Of a stretch of 64,000 nucleotides of DNA, positions 1 to 11,191 are shown in pieces (position 1 is the first letter of the stretch; each line of letters opens with the position of its first letter). The position numbers and the translations under genes are program-made. This stretch comes from Chara braunii (lineage: Eukaryota; Plantae; Charophyceae), in the NCBI GenBank assembly GCA_003427395.1, contig BFEA01000045.1, positions 1,811,522 through 1,875,521 on the forward strand. Direction: 5' to 3'. Below the pieces are notes generated by a model. It did not search any database. It was not told where the DNA came from and worked only from the letters and a program-made list of their open reading frames with translations.

Positions 1-3000
1 TGCAGTCAAAAGTTGCAGTCACGTAGCACATTTGCACACGAATACAGAGGTTGTTCGATTCTCTAACTTTGCCCTGTGACCATTCAAACCTCTCAACACA
101 GAGAAGTATGACCAATAGGCAGCGCCAGCTTAAAAATTACCCAACCACTTCAGTCTTGCTAGTTCCCTTAGAATAATACCTCGTACATTGGATTCTTTTC
201 ACGGCAGGCACATTTTTTTAATTATTGTTGTGGATCGGGGCTTCTCTCCCTTGTTTTCCCACTCACTCAATCTGCCGTGAGATCGATCCTTGTTATGATA
301 AGACATAACCGGCTAAACAATGATCAATCATCCTAGTTAACTAAAATAAAAGTCAGGAACAAGAACCGAAAACTAATAAAGTCAAAAGGAGTATTCTCAT
401 AACGGTCACTGTCTTATCTGAGAATTTCGATCAGAGCAACCACAATGAAGCACATCAACAGCCTCTGGCTGTCACAAGTTCAGGATCACTCAGAGATAGC
501 GTGACTGGTGATGAACAAAGTTGTCTTCAAGAAAAAAACGGGACTCCCTCATCGCACTGGAATGCAGAGGCGCTGTTGAAATCACCAGCGCTATTTCCAC
601 TCACCCGCCCTGCTCACATGCACCAAGGAAGAAGAGTAGGGGTTTGATGTTGAGGGACCTCCTTTAATCAGTGAGCGACGGGATCAAGCGGCTAAGCAAC
701 TGTCTCGGCACTCATCGGAGCTTCTTAGAAATTTCCCATGATAATCGCCTCAGAAAACGTTTCCCCGAGAGTCGTCTTGACCGCGCGCAGAAATGGCAAA
801 AAACGTTGAGCCCCATTGCCCAACAGGCGAGCTACGTTGACCTTTCAATCACCTTTCACGACCCTACTGTCTGTCTCACGTCACTTACACTCGTACGCAG
901 CTAGTTACGGTCGTTTCTCAGGCTCGTCACATACTGCAGTTCAGTTGACGTCATCATCTTTCACCTACTCACTCGTTCCGCTCTCGCCTCTTCTCTTCTT
1001 TCCCACTAACCCCTCTCCGTTCTCTCAGACTCCACGCGTGCATCGAGCGCGCTGCCCGCTCTCACCCACACATCTCTAGTTGACCACCCACTTGCTCTTC
1101 ATAGGGCGCGCCACTTGTTAGACAAGTCCCCCAAGCATGTCCCCGTCCTACTGCATTTGCCTCCGTTTTGAGATTCGTCCTGTCCCCCCTCTCTGACGAG
1201 CGCAGTAGGCTCACACACTGTTCCCGTGCACTACCCGCTAGCTTTGACGTTCATCGCTTCCCGTGCACTACCCGCTATCTTTGACGTCAACCGCTTCTCT
1301 CCCTCTCACTCACACTTCGGTTGTGCCATGCGTACGCTTGTTACCGCCCCGTAGCTCGTACCCCGTTTTTGAATTACCAAAACGCTCACCCTTAGTACCG
1401 CTGCTTCACACACGTCCTTTCCCCTTGTTCTGCTGTTTTTTTGTTCCGCGGCCTCTGGGCATGAGTTGTTGAGAGCTGGCCTCAGGTCCCTTTTCCACCG
1501 GCTCCACGGCCCGATGGTGCTTTTGGATCTCCTCGGGTCTGTTCCAGGACCTGAGGTCCGTTTCTCGGTCCGCCTCGCTCATTTCACTCTCCCCGCCTGA
1601 GTCTCTCTCGTTGTGCTGTTCCTCCCTCGTCTCAGTCCCAGTGGATGACTCGGTCTCATGATAGATGACCGTCACCCTCAAGCCCACGGTCACCCCATCT
1701 CGTCTGCATCTCCGCTCCGCCCTGTTGCGTGCCTCAGAAATGGCAGCTTGCAGCCTCTGATCACCTCTCATCTCCTCCTCTCTCCCACCTTCTATGCAGA
1801 CCTTCAGTCGGACTACCTCTCCCCCATCATAATTCAAGGGCGTCGTAATCAGAGGGCCTTCCCCCGGCACTGAAACCCAGTGCACTGTGTGCCACCAACA
1901 CCCAGGCCTATAGCCGTGTAGTGCCATAGCCACTCTCTCCCAATGTTCAGTGTCTGTGCTCAGTCCGCACTATCCCTGCTTGCAGCACCTAGCCAAGCCG
2001 AGTCCTGGGCGCCAGCAATTAAGACCTCATCGCGATGCCATTACTCACACTCGAGAAGTGATAACGTTCCCCTCACACACTTCTTCCTTCAGGACCCAGA
2101 GACAACCCGTTTTATAGAGCTTCGGGTGAGAGCGACCCCGGTGTACTAAAAGAAGATTTTTCTGATAGTGACTCGAATTTTAGGATTTAATAAAGTAACA
2201 AAAAAATTAAATAAATCTTGAACAAAAACCGGCAGGAAACTTCAACCACCCGTGCACAGTCAGGGCACCCGAACCACCGTCATGCTGGTCCCTAGACTGT
2301 GCAATATGAGAGAGGTCCGAATAAAAGGAGGAAATAAGATAGAGATCCCATAATGGGATACCAACGACCCCGCTTTCCTTTTTAAAACAGACCTCCGGCC
2401 TACCACTATCGGGTACCCGCTTCCGATGGCAAGGAGGGGCCTTATGACCCCATTCAGGGGTGATAAGCTTCCTACCAATACGGTCGCGGGTCGCCCTCCT
2501 TTTGAGGTCCTACCGCGCAATGCCGGATTGAAGCTCACCCACAGACTTTATACGTGGGGTCGGCCTACTTAGGCCATGGATACATAGTTCGAAATTCGAA
2601 CCGTTGGCCTCCGCGAAAGGACAGGCCAATAGGTAGAAAGTCAAATATAGGAAAGTTAAGCAATAATAATAATAATAATAATAATAGTCGTAAAAACAAA
2701 AATGGAAGAAGGGAAAAACGTAAAGTCAGTGGTCCAAAGCAACTGGATTTTCCCCGAACTAAAACAAACTCACACTCGACGTTTTTATTATTTTTCTTTT
2801 CTTTCTTTCTTTTCTTTTATCTTCTGACAGCGATTTCCGCCTAGTGCACCTAACCCATAACCCGACTAGAGGGCATTTGGTGCGCAGTAGAAAAGGCTGA
2901 GCCGGTCTTTTCACCTCCGCGTCCCAGGGTGAACCCGGCGGCTACCACGGTCACAGGCCGGTTGTGCTCTGCTGCACAGCAGAGTGTCGAGCCTGCGTGG

Positions 3001-3204
3001 ACCAATGGAAGTCCTGTGGCACACCCCTTTTGTTGAGGGCAACGTCACCTGGACTGGACCGTTCCGAGGTACAGCCTGGGTATCAGGAACTGCAGGGTCC
3101 TAGATGCATCTATAGTCCAGAGCATCAAAGCAAGGACTGGTACCAAGCAGTAACTCGGTACACAGAGGAGGGTCGGGATACCGCGCCCTCCGACAGTGCG
3201 CCGC

Positions 3205-3298
3205 AATTTTTTTTTTTTTTTTTTTTATTGGTTGATTGGTTGATTGATTGATCAATTGATTGATTAATTGATTGGAGGGGAAGGAGTCGCTCTTCCCC

Positions 3299-3333
<35 letters not shown>

Positions 3334-3627
3334 GGGTCCAACCCGCTGTTTTTTTTTTTTGCTTTTTCTTTTTTTTGATTGATTGATTGATTGATTGGTA
3401 GGGAAGGAGTCACACTTCCCTCGTGCATGCACANNNNNNNNNNNNNNNNNNNNNNNNNNNNNNNNNNNNNNNNNNNNNNNNNNNNNNNNNNNNNNNNNNN
3501 NNNNNNNNNNNNNNNNNNNNNNNNNNNNNNNNNNNNNNNNNNNNNNNNNNNNNNNNNNNNNNNNNNNNNNNNNNNNNNNNNNNNNNNNNNNNNNNNNNNN
3601 NNNNNNNNNNNNNNNNNNNNNCCACAT

Positions 3628-3710
<83 letters not shown>

Positions 3711-3723
3711 TACACACACACAC
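3205..3723. repeat. poly-T/(TTGA)n/(CA)n composite, two ~130-bp related units, spanning an N gap
   Basis: Unit 'tttt-gattgattga-ggaaggagtc-cttccc-cacaca' occurs at ~3205-3330 and ~3348-3433; gap 3434-3621. Confidence 0.8.
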
Positions 3724-4022
3724 GAAAAATTAAAAATTTCTTTTTTTTATTACGTTTCTTTTTTATTAAAATACTTAATTTTTGGTTTTTTTTTTTCTTA
3801 ATTGAAAAACACTTCATAATCCAAAAACAAAAAAATGGTTGTAGGTATTTTCAAACCCTACAACCCCGTATTTTTTATTTATTTTTTGGTATTTATTTAA
3901 TAGGAACAAAAAAATCACAAAATCGGGACCGCGGTCCCCTGTCCGCAGCCGACCTTAGCGGTCGGGATCCAGACTGTGGACCGAGATTGACCCGGTGGTC
4001 ATGACTGCGGGGGATTCATAGG
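3724..4022 (+). mobile_element. right end of a MITE-like non-autonomous element, same family as 60668-61148
   Basis: Ends in gggggattcatagg, the reverse complement of the cctatgaatccccc start at 60674. Internal 'ctacaaccccgtattttt...caaaatcgggaccgc' resembles 60995-61070. Confidence 0.55.
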
Positions 4023-5061
4023 CGCAGGGGTCATGTTGTTCTCCTCCGTGCGGTTGATCATTTTATACGTGTCACCCTTGCGTAGGGGTCATGTTGTTCT
4101 TCTCCGCGCGGCTAATTCCAGCCGCGCGATCTCGTTGATCGTGCGGCTGAAATCGGTCGCGCTGGCCCAACCGACTGCTCCAAAAAGGAGCCAGCCCCAG
4201 GTTGCGTACAGATTTGATCCCCACATCTGCATCGTGACAGTCTGGTGTGTTTACCTACTGGGATGGCTCCTACTACGGCTGTAGTAGGAGCAGCCCTACT
4301 ATTTGAAAGGTTGTGGAACCTGGCTGGCCGCCACTTAGTAGCCTAGCAGGCTCCGATGCCTCCCTCCGTGGCTAGTTGGCTAACCGACTGGCTGGTTGGT
4401 TGGGTTAGCAACGCACGACCTTAGCAGCTACCCTCCCAGCAGGCCACAATGCCATCACAGCCAGTCGTCCGCGTGAAAGCCCCGGGGATCCAAAAAACTT
4501 ATCATTTCCCTTCATGTTGTGGTTCCAACCTCCGTCGCAGCGACCCCTTTTTAGCCTGCTTAGGCCCTGAATCGCGCGGCTGTTAAAACAGGTCTAACTT
4601 TAGCGTCCCCCCATTTGTGTCCTCTGCGGCCGCAACGGAGACCGCCAACTACCGTCATTATTTTCGGACGATGAAGACGCCCGGTCTAAAGTTCAAAAAA
4701 CATCTCACTCAGTCACAGGTTAGTTTGAATAAACTTTTGGCGAACGTCAATCTCATCAAGTCCTTTAATTCAATAAAAAAGGTCGACATCAAAAGACACG
4801 GGCAGTCAGGGGCAGATACCCTTGTTAGGTTTTCTGTCCCGATAGCATTCCTGGGCCCCATTGAACGACTTCCACGTCGTTCACGCAGCCGGAATCCTCT
4901 ATATGAAATTTTACAAATACTTCTCTTAGTATCTGTTGACCCCAATAAAGTCAAAGATATTTTACCAAATGGATATCCGAAAAAACGGATTCCTTATCAT
5001 TAAGCGAGTTATGCCCTCAAAGCCAAAATTAACAATCATTCTTCACTCATCGGATTGGTAC

Positions 5062-5171
5062 CAGATTCAGCCTCTGGTCAGCCTAAAATTGAGACTCAGG
5101 TCCAGATTCAGCCTCTGCTTAGCCTAAAATTGAGACTCTGGTCCAGATTCAGCCCCTGGAAGCCTAAAATT
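5062..5171. repeat. ~40-bp tandem repeat, ~3 copies
   Basis: ccagattcagcctctg...gcctaaaattgagactc.ggt repeated. Confidence 0.8.
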
Positions 5172-5220
5172 CAAAGATTTTTATTTTAATGGTTTCGACA
5201 TTATTCTGCCGATAATTGAA

Positions 5221-6110
5221 AACACAATCTCTTGAATGGAGCTGGATTTTCCAGCCAATGTTAACAAACTTTATTCGGTTGGAACTCATATTTATATCAT
5301 CTGGGCAAATGACCATTAATGTCGGAAATTTAACCCGGATCTTTTACGTTCATGGGGATGCATTCGGAATACTTCAACACATTCACGTGTTGCAAGGAGT
5401 CTAACCTGGGCCTCCCACGTAACATAAAAATACCCGTACTATACGACAATAACGGTTGTCGGGGAAGATAATAGCAAGAAGGCCCAGGTCTTCCATCATC
5501 CATTTTTGAACATCCATATTAACCTTCAGCTAATCCCTAGAATGAGTCACCTCAGTCAGGAATAACCCTGACAGGTCTCCATAAATCCAACCTCTGAAAG
5601 TCGTTCAGAGAACTTCAGACATAATCTGAATTATCCATTCAATATCAGAACCATTTATTTAAATCCTTCACCCGAGTCTCGTAACCCATTTCGATTGCGC
5701 AATTTTACAAACACCTAGAATTCTCATGTCTTAATAACCTCAAATTTTATGTGACTTCATCGAGGAGTGGTGTAATCCTGCTCAAGGGATAACATCCCGA
5801 CATCAAGCCCCACTTTAGATTCGAGCCTCACCACATTCCCTCCGATTCCTGTACCGCAACTTTGTTAATCCTACATCTACAGGGCGAGACAACCCCATCC
5901 ATACAGTCCAAGTTGGTCAGACAAGGATCATAAGGACACGGTGACCCTGCTTGGCATAAAGTTAGGCGACCAACCTTACCCTTGTGATAAGCAGCGATCG
6001 CTCCCCACCATATGCGGATTCTAAACAGAATCACGATAACTTCTTCCTCTTCAGTGATAGTGTAGTCATTGCCTTTTGCAAGAAAAATGGCATCATCTCG
6101 TTATAAATCA
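5221..6110 (-). pseudogene. heavily decayed ORF(s) downstream of integrase, unknown function
   Basis: ORF 5828-6034 plus a protein-like frame to ~5221 broken by many TGA/TAA/TAG stops; lies 3' of the integrase stop. Confidence 0.3.
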
Positions 6111-6413
6111 GGAACAAAGTTCCGGCACGAGCCTCACTACCACCTACAAGGCTCACATTTTTCAGGAGTATCAAGACACAATAAAAAGTAGGTATTACAT
6201 ATAAAAAAATTGATACTTATCAGATCATGTGCCTTTAGAATGAATACATATCATTCGGGAAGTCACATGTTCTGGAATTATACACTTTTTACACAACAAA
6301 TCACAAATTTGTTCAAATGATTCAAGCCAAAATCAAGTTAGTCAGGGGTATCAATGTCTGTTAGGAAAAATAAGGTATTATCATAGAACCCGCAAAATTA
6401 CATATGTTTTTCT

Positions 6414-7340
6414 TCAGTCCCTATAAACAAATTTCTTCAAGCGTGAGCCTGAAACCCGATTCCGCCCACGTGCTTCATCCATCTCCTCAATCTCGTATGC
6501 TCCATACTCCGTTTTCTTAACAATACGATAAGGTCTCATCCATCGATCACCCAACTTCCTTTACCACTGTTTTTCGAGAGAAGAGTCATAGAGAAGAACA
6601 ATATCACCAACTTCAAACGGTTCATTCTTAACCCGGGGCTGCTTATCCCACCTAATTTTGTTTGCTCGTCTGCTATCTGCAGTTGAGGCAACAGCCTCTA
6701 CAACTCTTTCCTTAGTAGCCTTTATTTGTCTGGCTCTAAGGTCCAGCAATTCTTCTGCAGAAAGTATGAATTTCATATCTTGTTTTTGCCACGTGGTCAG
6801 AAAACTTTCGATTGGAAACATAGCATGTCGACCAAACCATAATGTAACAGGAGCATACCCAGTAGTCCGCTTTCCGGTTGTATTTTCAACAAACATGGTA
6901 GCCCTAAAAAAAACAGGTCATCTTGATGGCTTGCCTGCACACCATTTGGCTAACAAATTAGTCAAGGTGGCATGCCCACGTTCGATAGGAGCGTTAGCCT
7001 CGGGTTGTACTCTAGTAGCATAACTATAGTTGACTCCCTAGCCTCTTCATAAGAGCGTGAACCTCTTCTGCTCGAAATTCACCACCTCGATCATCACTAA
7101 TTTTCGAACAAACGAATACCGAAGGAAAAACTCCTCAATACATTCCGCCAAAAGTTTTCCGATATGTTCCCGGATTGCACGTCCATCAATAAACCTGGTA
7201 AGATTGTCTCTCACATCAAAAATATATCTATACCCATTAAGTCCGGGCGGCATAACCACCAGATCGAGGTGTACAACTGCACCTGGCTCACCAACATATC
7301 GTAAATTAAGTGGTTCATTGTACCGGTGTCGAGCAAATCG
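6414..7340 (-). pseudogene. Ty3/Gypsy integrase core and C-terminus (5'-truncated, disrupted)
   Basis: AVVHLDLVVMPPG..YIFDVRDNLTRFIDG..GYAPVTLWFGRHAMFPIES..VLLYDSSLEKQW..GSRLKKF, closely parallel to the integrase at 36400-37334. Confidence 0.9.
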
Positions 7341-7690
7341 GTCCGGCACCTCAAGAGCGGGCGGGACCCTCTCGACCGCGTCACACAGGAGTTGGTCTGA
7401 TCCTCGTCGTGAATATATATGGAGCTTCCACAAGCAGCTCCGGCCGAATGCGCCAGCCATACCTCTTGCGATCCCCTACGACAGGATAGGGCCTACGCGA
7501 GACACGACTTACCTCCACCTTACGGGAGCTGTCACCTCCCTTCGGTGGGCATATCCCCGCTGAGCTACCAATCCATAGTATGAAAGTTAATCAGTTGCAA
7601 TCGCAGAGGTGGACCAGCCGAGGGTGCTTCTCGTTCGCTGTAGCATAGGGGGTACTCGCAGTTTTACGCCTCTATCGAACCCGCACGCGA
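7341..7690 (-). ncRNA. conserved structured RNA element (copy A)
   Basis: Homologous to 26790-27170 with compensatory base changes in several stems. Confidence 0.7.
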
Positions 7691-9089
7691 ACCGACGACT
7701 TGGGTGACTGAGGTCCCAAGCGCGACTCGTTGTCGGTCGACTAGGACGTTTCCTACACACCACGCGTATACCACTCTAAAGACATAAAAATTAGAACACG
7801 CACGCACAAGCACATAAACAGAACGACACATGATAAACAATGAGACAACACTCATAGTCCCTTAGTAGTCATCCCATAACCCTCCGAAGCGGAAATCGGA
7901 TAGGCGTCGCGCGCGAGACTTAGTATAAAACCGCGCGGACGCAGGGCTGACTCATATTGACTAGCAATGCATGAATATGCAAGCAGTCGCAATGATGACG
8001 AACTATGTAGTACCCATACTCATGCGGTCGTTGTTAATCTCGAGGGTTGCATTCGACACTCAAGTGTCAGCTGACACGCGCCTTAAGGGATTAATCTCTC
8101 GACGCTGGACAACCGCCAAGTGAGGTTGAGAAGGACACCCTCTTCTGCACCCTACGGAGAGTGGGTGGTACACAGGTTCATACCTGTGGTGACAATCGTC
8201 TCTTATTGCCCTGGAGACCAGCTCCATCATCTAGGGCCTGAAGAGAAATCAAAGGGTTTGACTTTGACGGTTGCCACGGACTACAACGTCCAACTATAAA
8301 ACTCTAAAAAGCAAGGGATAACAAGGGATCTCCCTTTTCTCTCAAAAACATAATCTGTTCAACCCTTACGCGCGGTCATAGTAGGCCGCGCGAAACACTC
8401 AAGACATATTTATTTACATATATAGAGAGGGTTATAAATATGAGATGACCACTTCTCACAATCACAGTGGGACTCCTCTCAGCCATATATACGTATATGA
8501 TCGCTGACAGTGAAATCCAAAGTCCGAACCACCAAATATACCTTCAATCACATCAAGGATTCAACCAAAAGTCAACGCACTACACGAGGTCAACTTCAAC
8601 CATTCTCTACACTCAAACCCCTCGCTTTAGCCATACAAGCCTCACTCTTGTGCAACTCCTTAAAATAAAATGGCTAAGTCCGGGCGAAAACACAACGAAA
8701 TAATTCAAACCACAAGATTAAAGTTCTTAGGTTGAGTGACAAGAGTGAATTGGAGTTAAGTCGTAAACCAATGCATCGGCAACCGACCTGTTATTAGTGA
8801 TAACAAAAGATGATCCTTGCAAGACCAAACTAAATCTAGTCCAAATCTTAAATCAAACGATCAAAAGGACATGTAACACAAGACATGCCAATCCCCAAGC
8901 TAAACTCATAAGTGTATAAAGAATAAAGTTCCGTAGCACATTCTCACACAAGGTTCTCCTACAAGTTAAGCCTAGATTTACCTCTAAGTCAGTGCTCAAC
9001 TCAAGGCAGACCTATGGCAGCACCTCCCCTAATCAAGGTGGATTGTCAAAATCGTCACCTCTCAAAGTATAATCTAACTCCTCTAAACT

Positions 9090-9630
9090 AAGAAAATTTC
9101 GGCAGCGCTTCCCGTAGAAAAAATACCTTCTTAGAATTTATAATAACTCAAATATAAAAACAAAAAAAACAAACTCTAATTCTCGAAAGTCAAATTTTGT
9201 CTAACTCCCTGAATTAGTAAAAGTTTTGGCAACACTCCCTTTAGAAAAGAAGACTTCCAAATTTTTACAAAGTCAGATATGAACCTAAAGCAAACCTTGA
9301 GTTTAACTAAGACAAAATTTAACTAACTCCTTAGATTTGTAGAAATTTTGGCAGCGCTTCCCGTAGAGAAAGTAGCTTACCAAAATTTATACAAGGTTAA
9401 GTTCATAATCTAAAGTGACTTTGACTTCTCAAGGTCCAATTTTGTCTCCCTGAATTTGCAAAAATTTGCGCAGGTCTCCCTTTAGAAAAGAAGACTTTCC
9501 AGATTTTTACGAAGTCATATATATAAGTCAGACAAGTTGAACTTTGAAAACACAAAATCTGACTAACTCCTTGGTTTAATAGAAATTTCGGCAGCGTTTC
9601 CCATAGAGAAAGTGATGTACCAAAATTTAT
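9090..9630. repeat. degenerate ~120-bp tandem repeat, 5 units, alternating subtypes
   Basis: aaattt(c/t)ggcagcgcttcccgtaga-type core at ~9095, 9222, 9343, 9462, 9583. Confidence 0.75.
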
Positions 9631-9931
9631 ACAAGACCAAGTATAATAAATGATCCCAGAAACTGTAGAAATCGACCTCAGTAAAACAAACTTTGCTAAG
9701 AAAATGCAGAAATTGAAACTGACTCCTATGCCTCTAGGACGTGGCAAGTTTCTAAAACAACTACCTATAAAACTGAAACTCAAACCAAGTAGTAATCTCA
9801 CTCAGCCACATGCAAGGTCAAAGCACAAAGGTAACTACTCTCACCATCCCCAAGTCAACCTTGCCAAACAATAGTTCATAGTCTTTCAATGATTTGTCCC
9901 TTTTTACCCAGCTTACATAAGGCATAAAGCT

Positions 9932-10645
9932 AGATCACCCAAACTTATGGAACATGTCTAGCTCAACCATTGAATATACACAAACAAAGGGCACAACAAC
10001 TTTTCTCTTCTTTCGACATGTGACTAAGCCACCCTAGTCGCCCTGAACGGTTTAAGTATACCGGTTTTATATAATTATTTGCACTTAGTCTTTTGAGGTA
10101 GCATATAACTGAACCGATCATCTTTAGCTCGAGATTCAGTCTGCCTCTTTGTACCACAAGTTTACTCTTAATTAGTACTGTCTTCAGTTGGTGATAAGTT
10201 ATAGTCAGACCACCCAAACTTATAGAACCCTGCCTGACTAGCCTATTCATAAGTGATAATAATAAAGTATAGTCAAGTTATAACCTTTTGGTTCCAGCAT
10301 ATGTATGGCGTTAGATCAAGACCACCCAAACTTATGAAACATGTCTGGTCCTCGTTCTGTTTTTTTCTCTTAAAGTCAAAGCAGGGAGAGGCTGAGCCAC
10401 CCAAACTTATTGGAACATGTTTAAACCTCCTCGTTTGGAACCAAAAGAAATAAAAGAAACCCAAAGTAAACAAGGCGACCAAGCCACCAAAACTTATGGA
10501 ACATGCTTGGTCCTTGAAAAGTCATCCACAGACAGCCCTCGCAAGTCAGAGCAACCAGACCACCCAATCTTATGGGAACCTGTCTGGTCCTTCATGCAAT
10601 CAAAAATAAACATAGCACTGGACCCTCCAATCTTATGTAGACTCT
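9932..10645 (-). repeat. array of ~32-bp hairpin-forming repeats with variable spacers, 7 copies
   Basis: gaccacccaaacttatggaacatgtctggtc-type unit at ~9932, 10207, 10319, 10395, 10481, 10557, 10620; ends gacca/tggtc are complementary. Confidence 0.8.
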
Positions 10646-11171
10646 CCCAGCCTTTGGTTGACCCAGTCAAACCCATTCAATACAACCTTCCTCCCATTCT
10701 TCCCTCATATGCAATTCCATAATCTGCTTTCAGTCAGATAAACAAAACTAAAACTGCAACTTGCAAAACCATTCATTTACTCAAGTCTGAATTGTCCTGA
10801 AAGTCAAACCAAAAGTCAACGTATGGACGCATGCAGTATACTCAATCAACTATAGCAAGAATTATAAATAGGGGTTATAGTTGAGTTTTTATAAATGGAA
10901 GGGATGGTTACCTCTTAGTTCCCTGCCTCCATAACCCCTCCTAAGTTCCGGCAAAGCTCCCACAATCGGTGGGCTGACTCCCCACAGAGTCTTGCCGCGG
11001 TCCTATGGGTTGCAATCCCGCCTGCTGCCTGCGTTGCACGCTTTTCACGTTCCCCGACGAACACGAACACGTTCGCCCGAACGTGTTCGGGCAGGAAAAT
11101 ATGGCGAACGCAAACTTTTTTTTTTTTTTTTTTTTTTAGGGGTCGTGGGGCGTAGGCCTGTGTCCGTGACA

Positions 11172-11186
11172 CCCCCCCCCTCCTCT
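11172..11186 (-). promoter_or_regulatory. polypurine tract (plus-strand primer)
   Basis: AGAGGAGGGGGGGGG immediately 5' of TGTCACGG on the minus strand. Confidence 0.75.
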
Positions 11187-11191
11187 AAGAG

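Larger units (their letters stand above)
7341..11171 (-). mobile_element. LTR start plus long non-coding LTR/leader of a Gypsy element
   Basis: Minus strand begins TGTCACGG directly after a polypurine tract. Same layout as 23362-27170: TG start, hairpin array, structured RNA ~3.45 kb in. LTR 3' boundary not found. Confidence 0.65.

Noticed and set aside
2860-3120. Group I intron (GACTA...TATAGTCC resembling P7) or RNase P/MRP RNA
   Set aside because: No convincing P4/P6 or CR-V motifs; TAGTCCAG pairs better with the nearby CTGGACT
3100-4004. ORF-track proteins rich in VC/HT/X, and similar ER/SL/poly-R ORFs elsewhere (e.g. 43.8-44.7 kb, 58-59.3 kb, 63.4-63.7 kb)
   Set aside because: Translations of microsatellites and N gaps
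5900-5960. Deaminase motif in SPCPYDPC
   Set aside because: No upstream HxE and the spacing does not fit PCxxC
9932-10645. CRISPR array
   Set aside because: Spacer lengths vary several-fold and no cas genes are present
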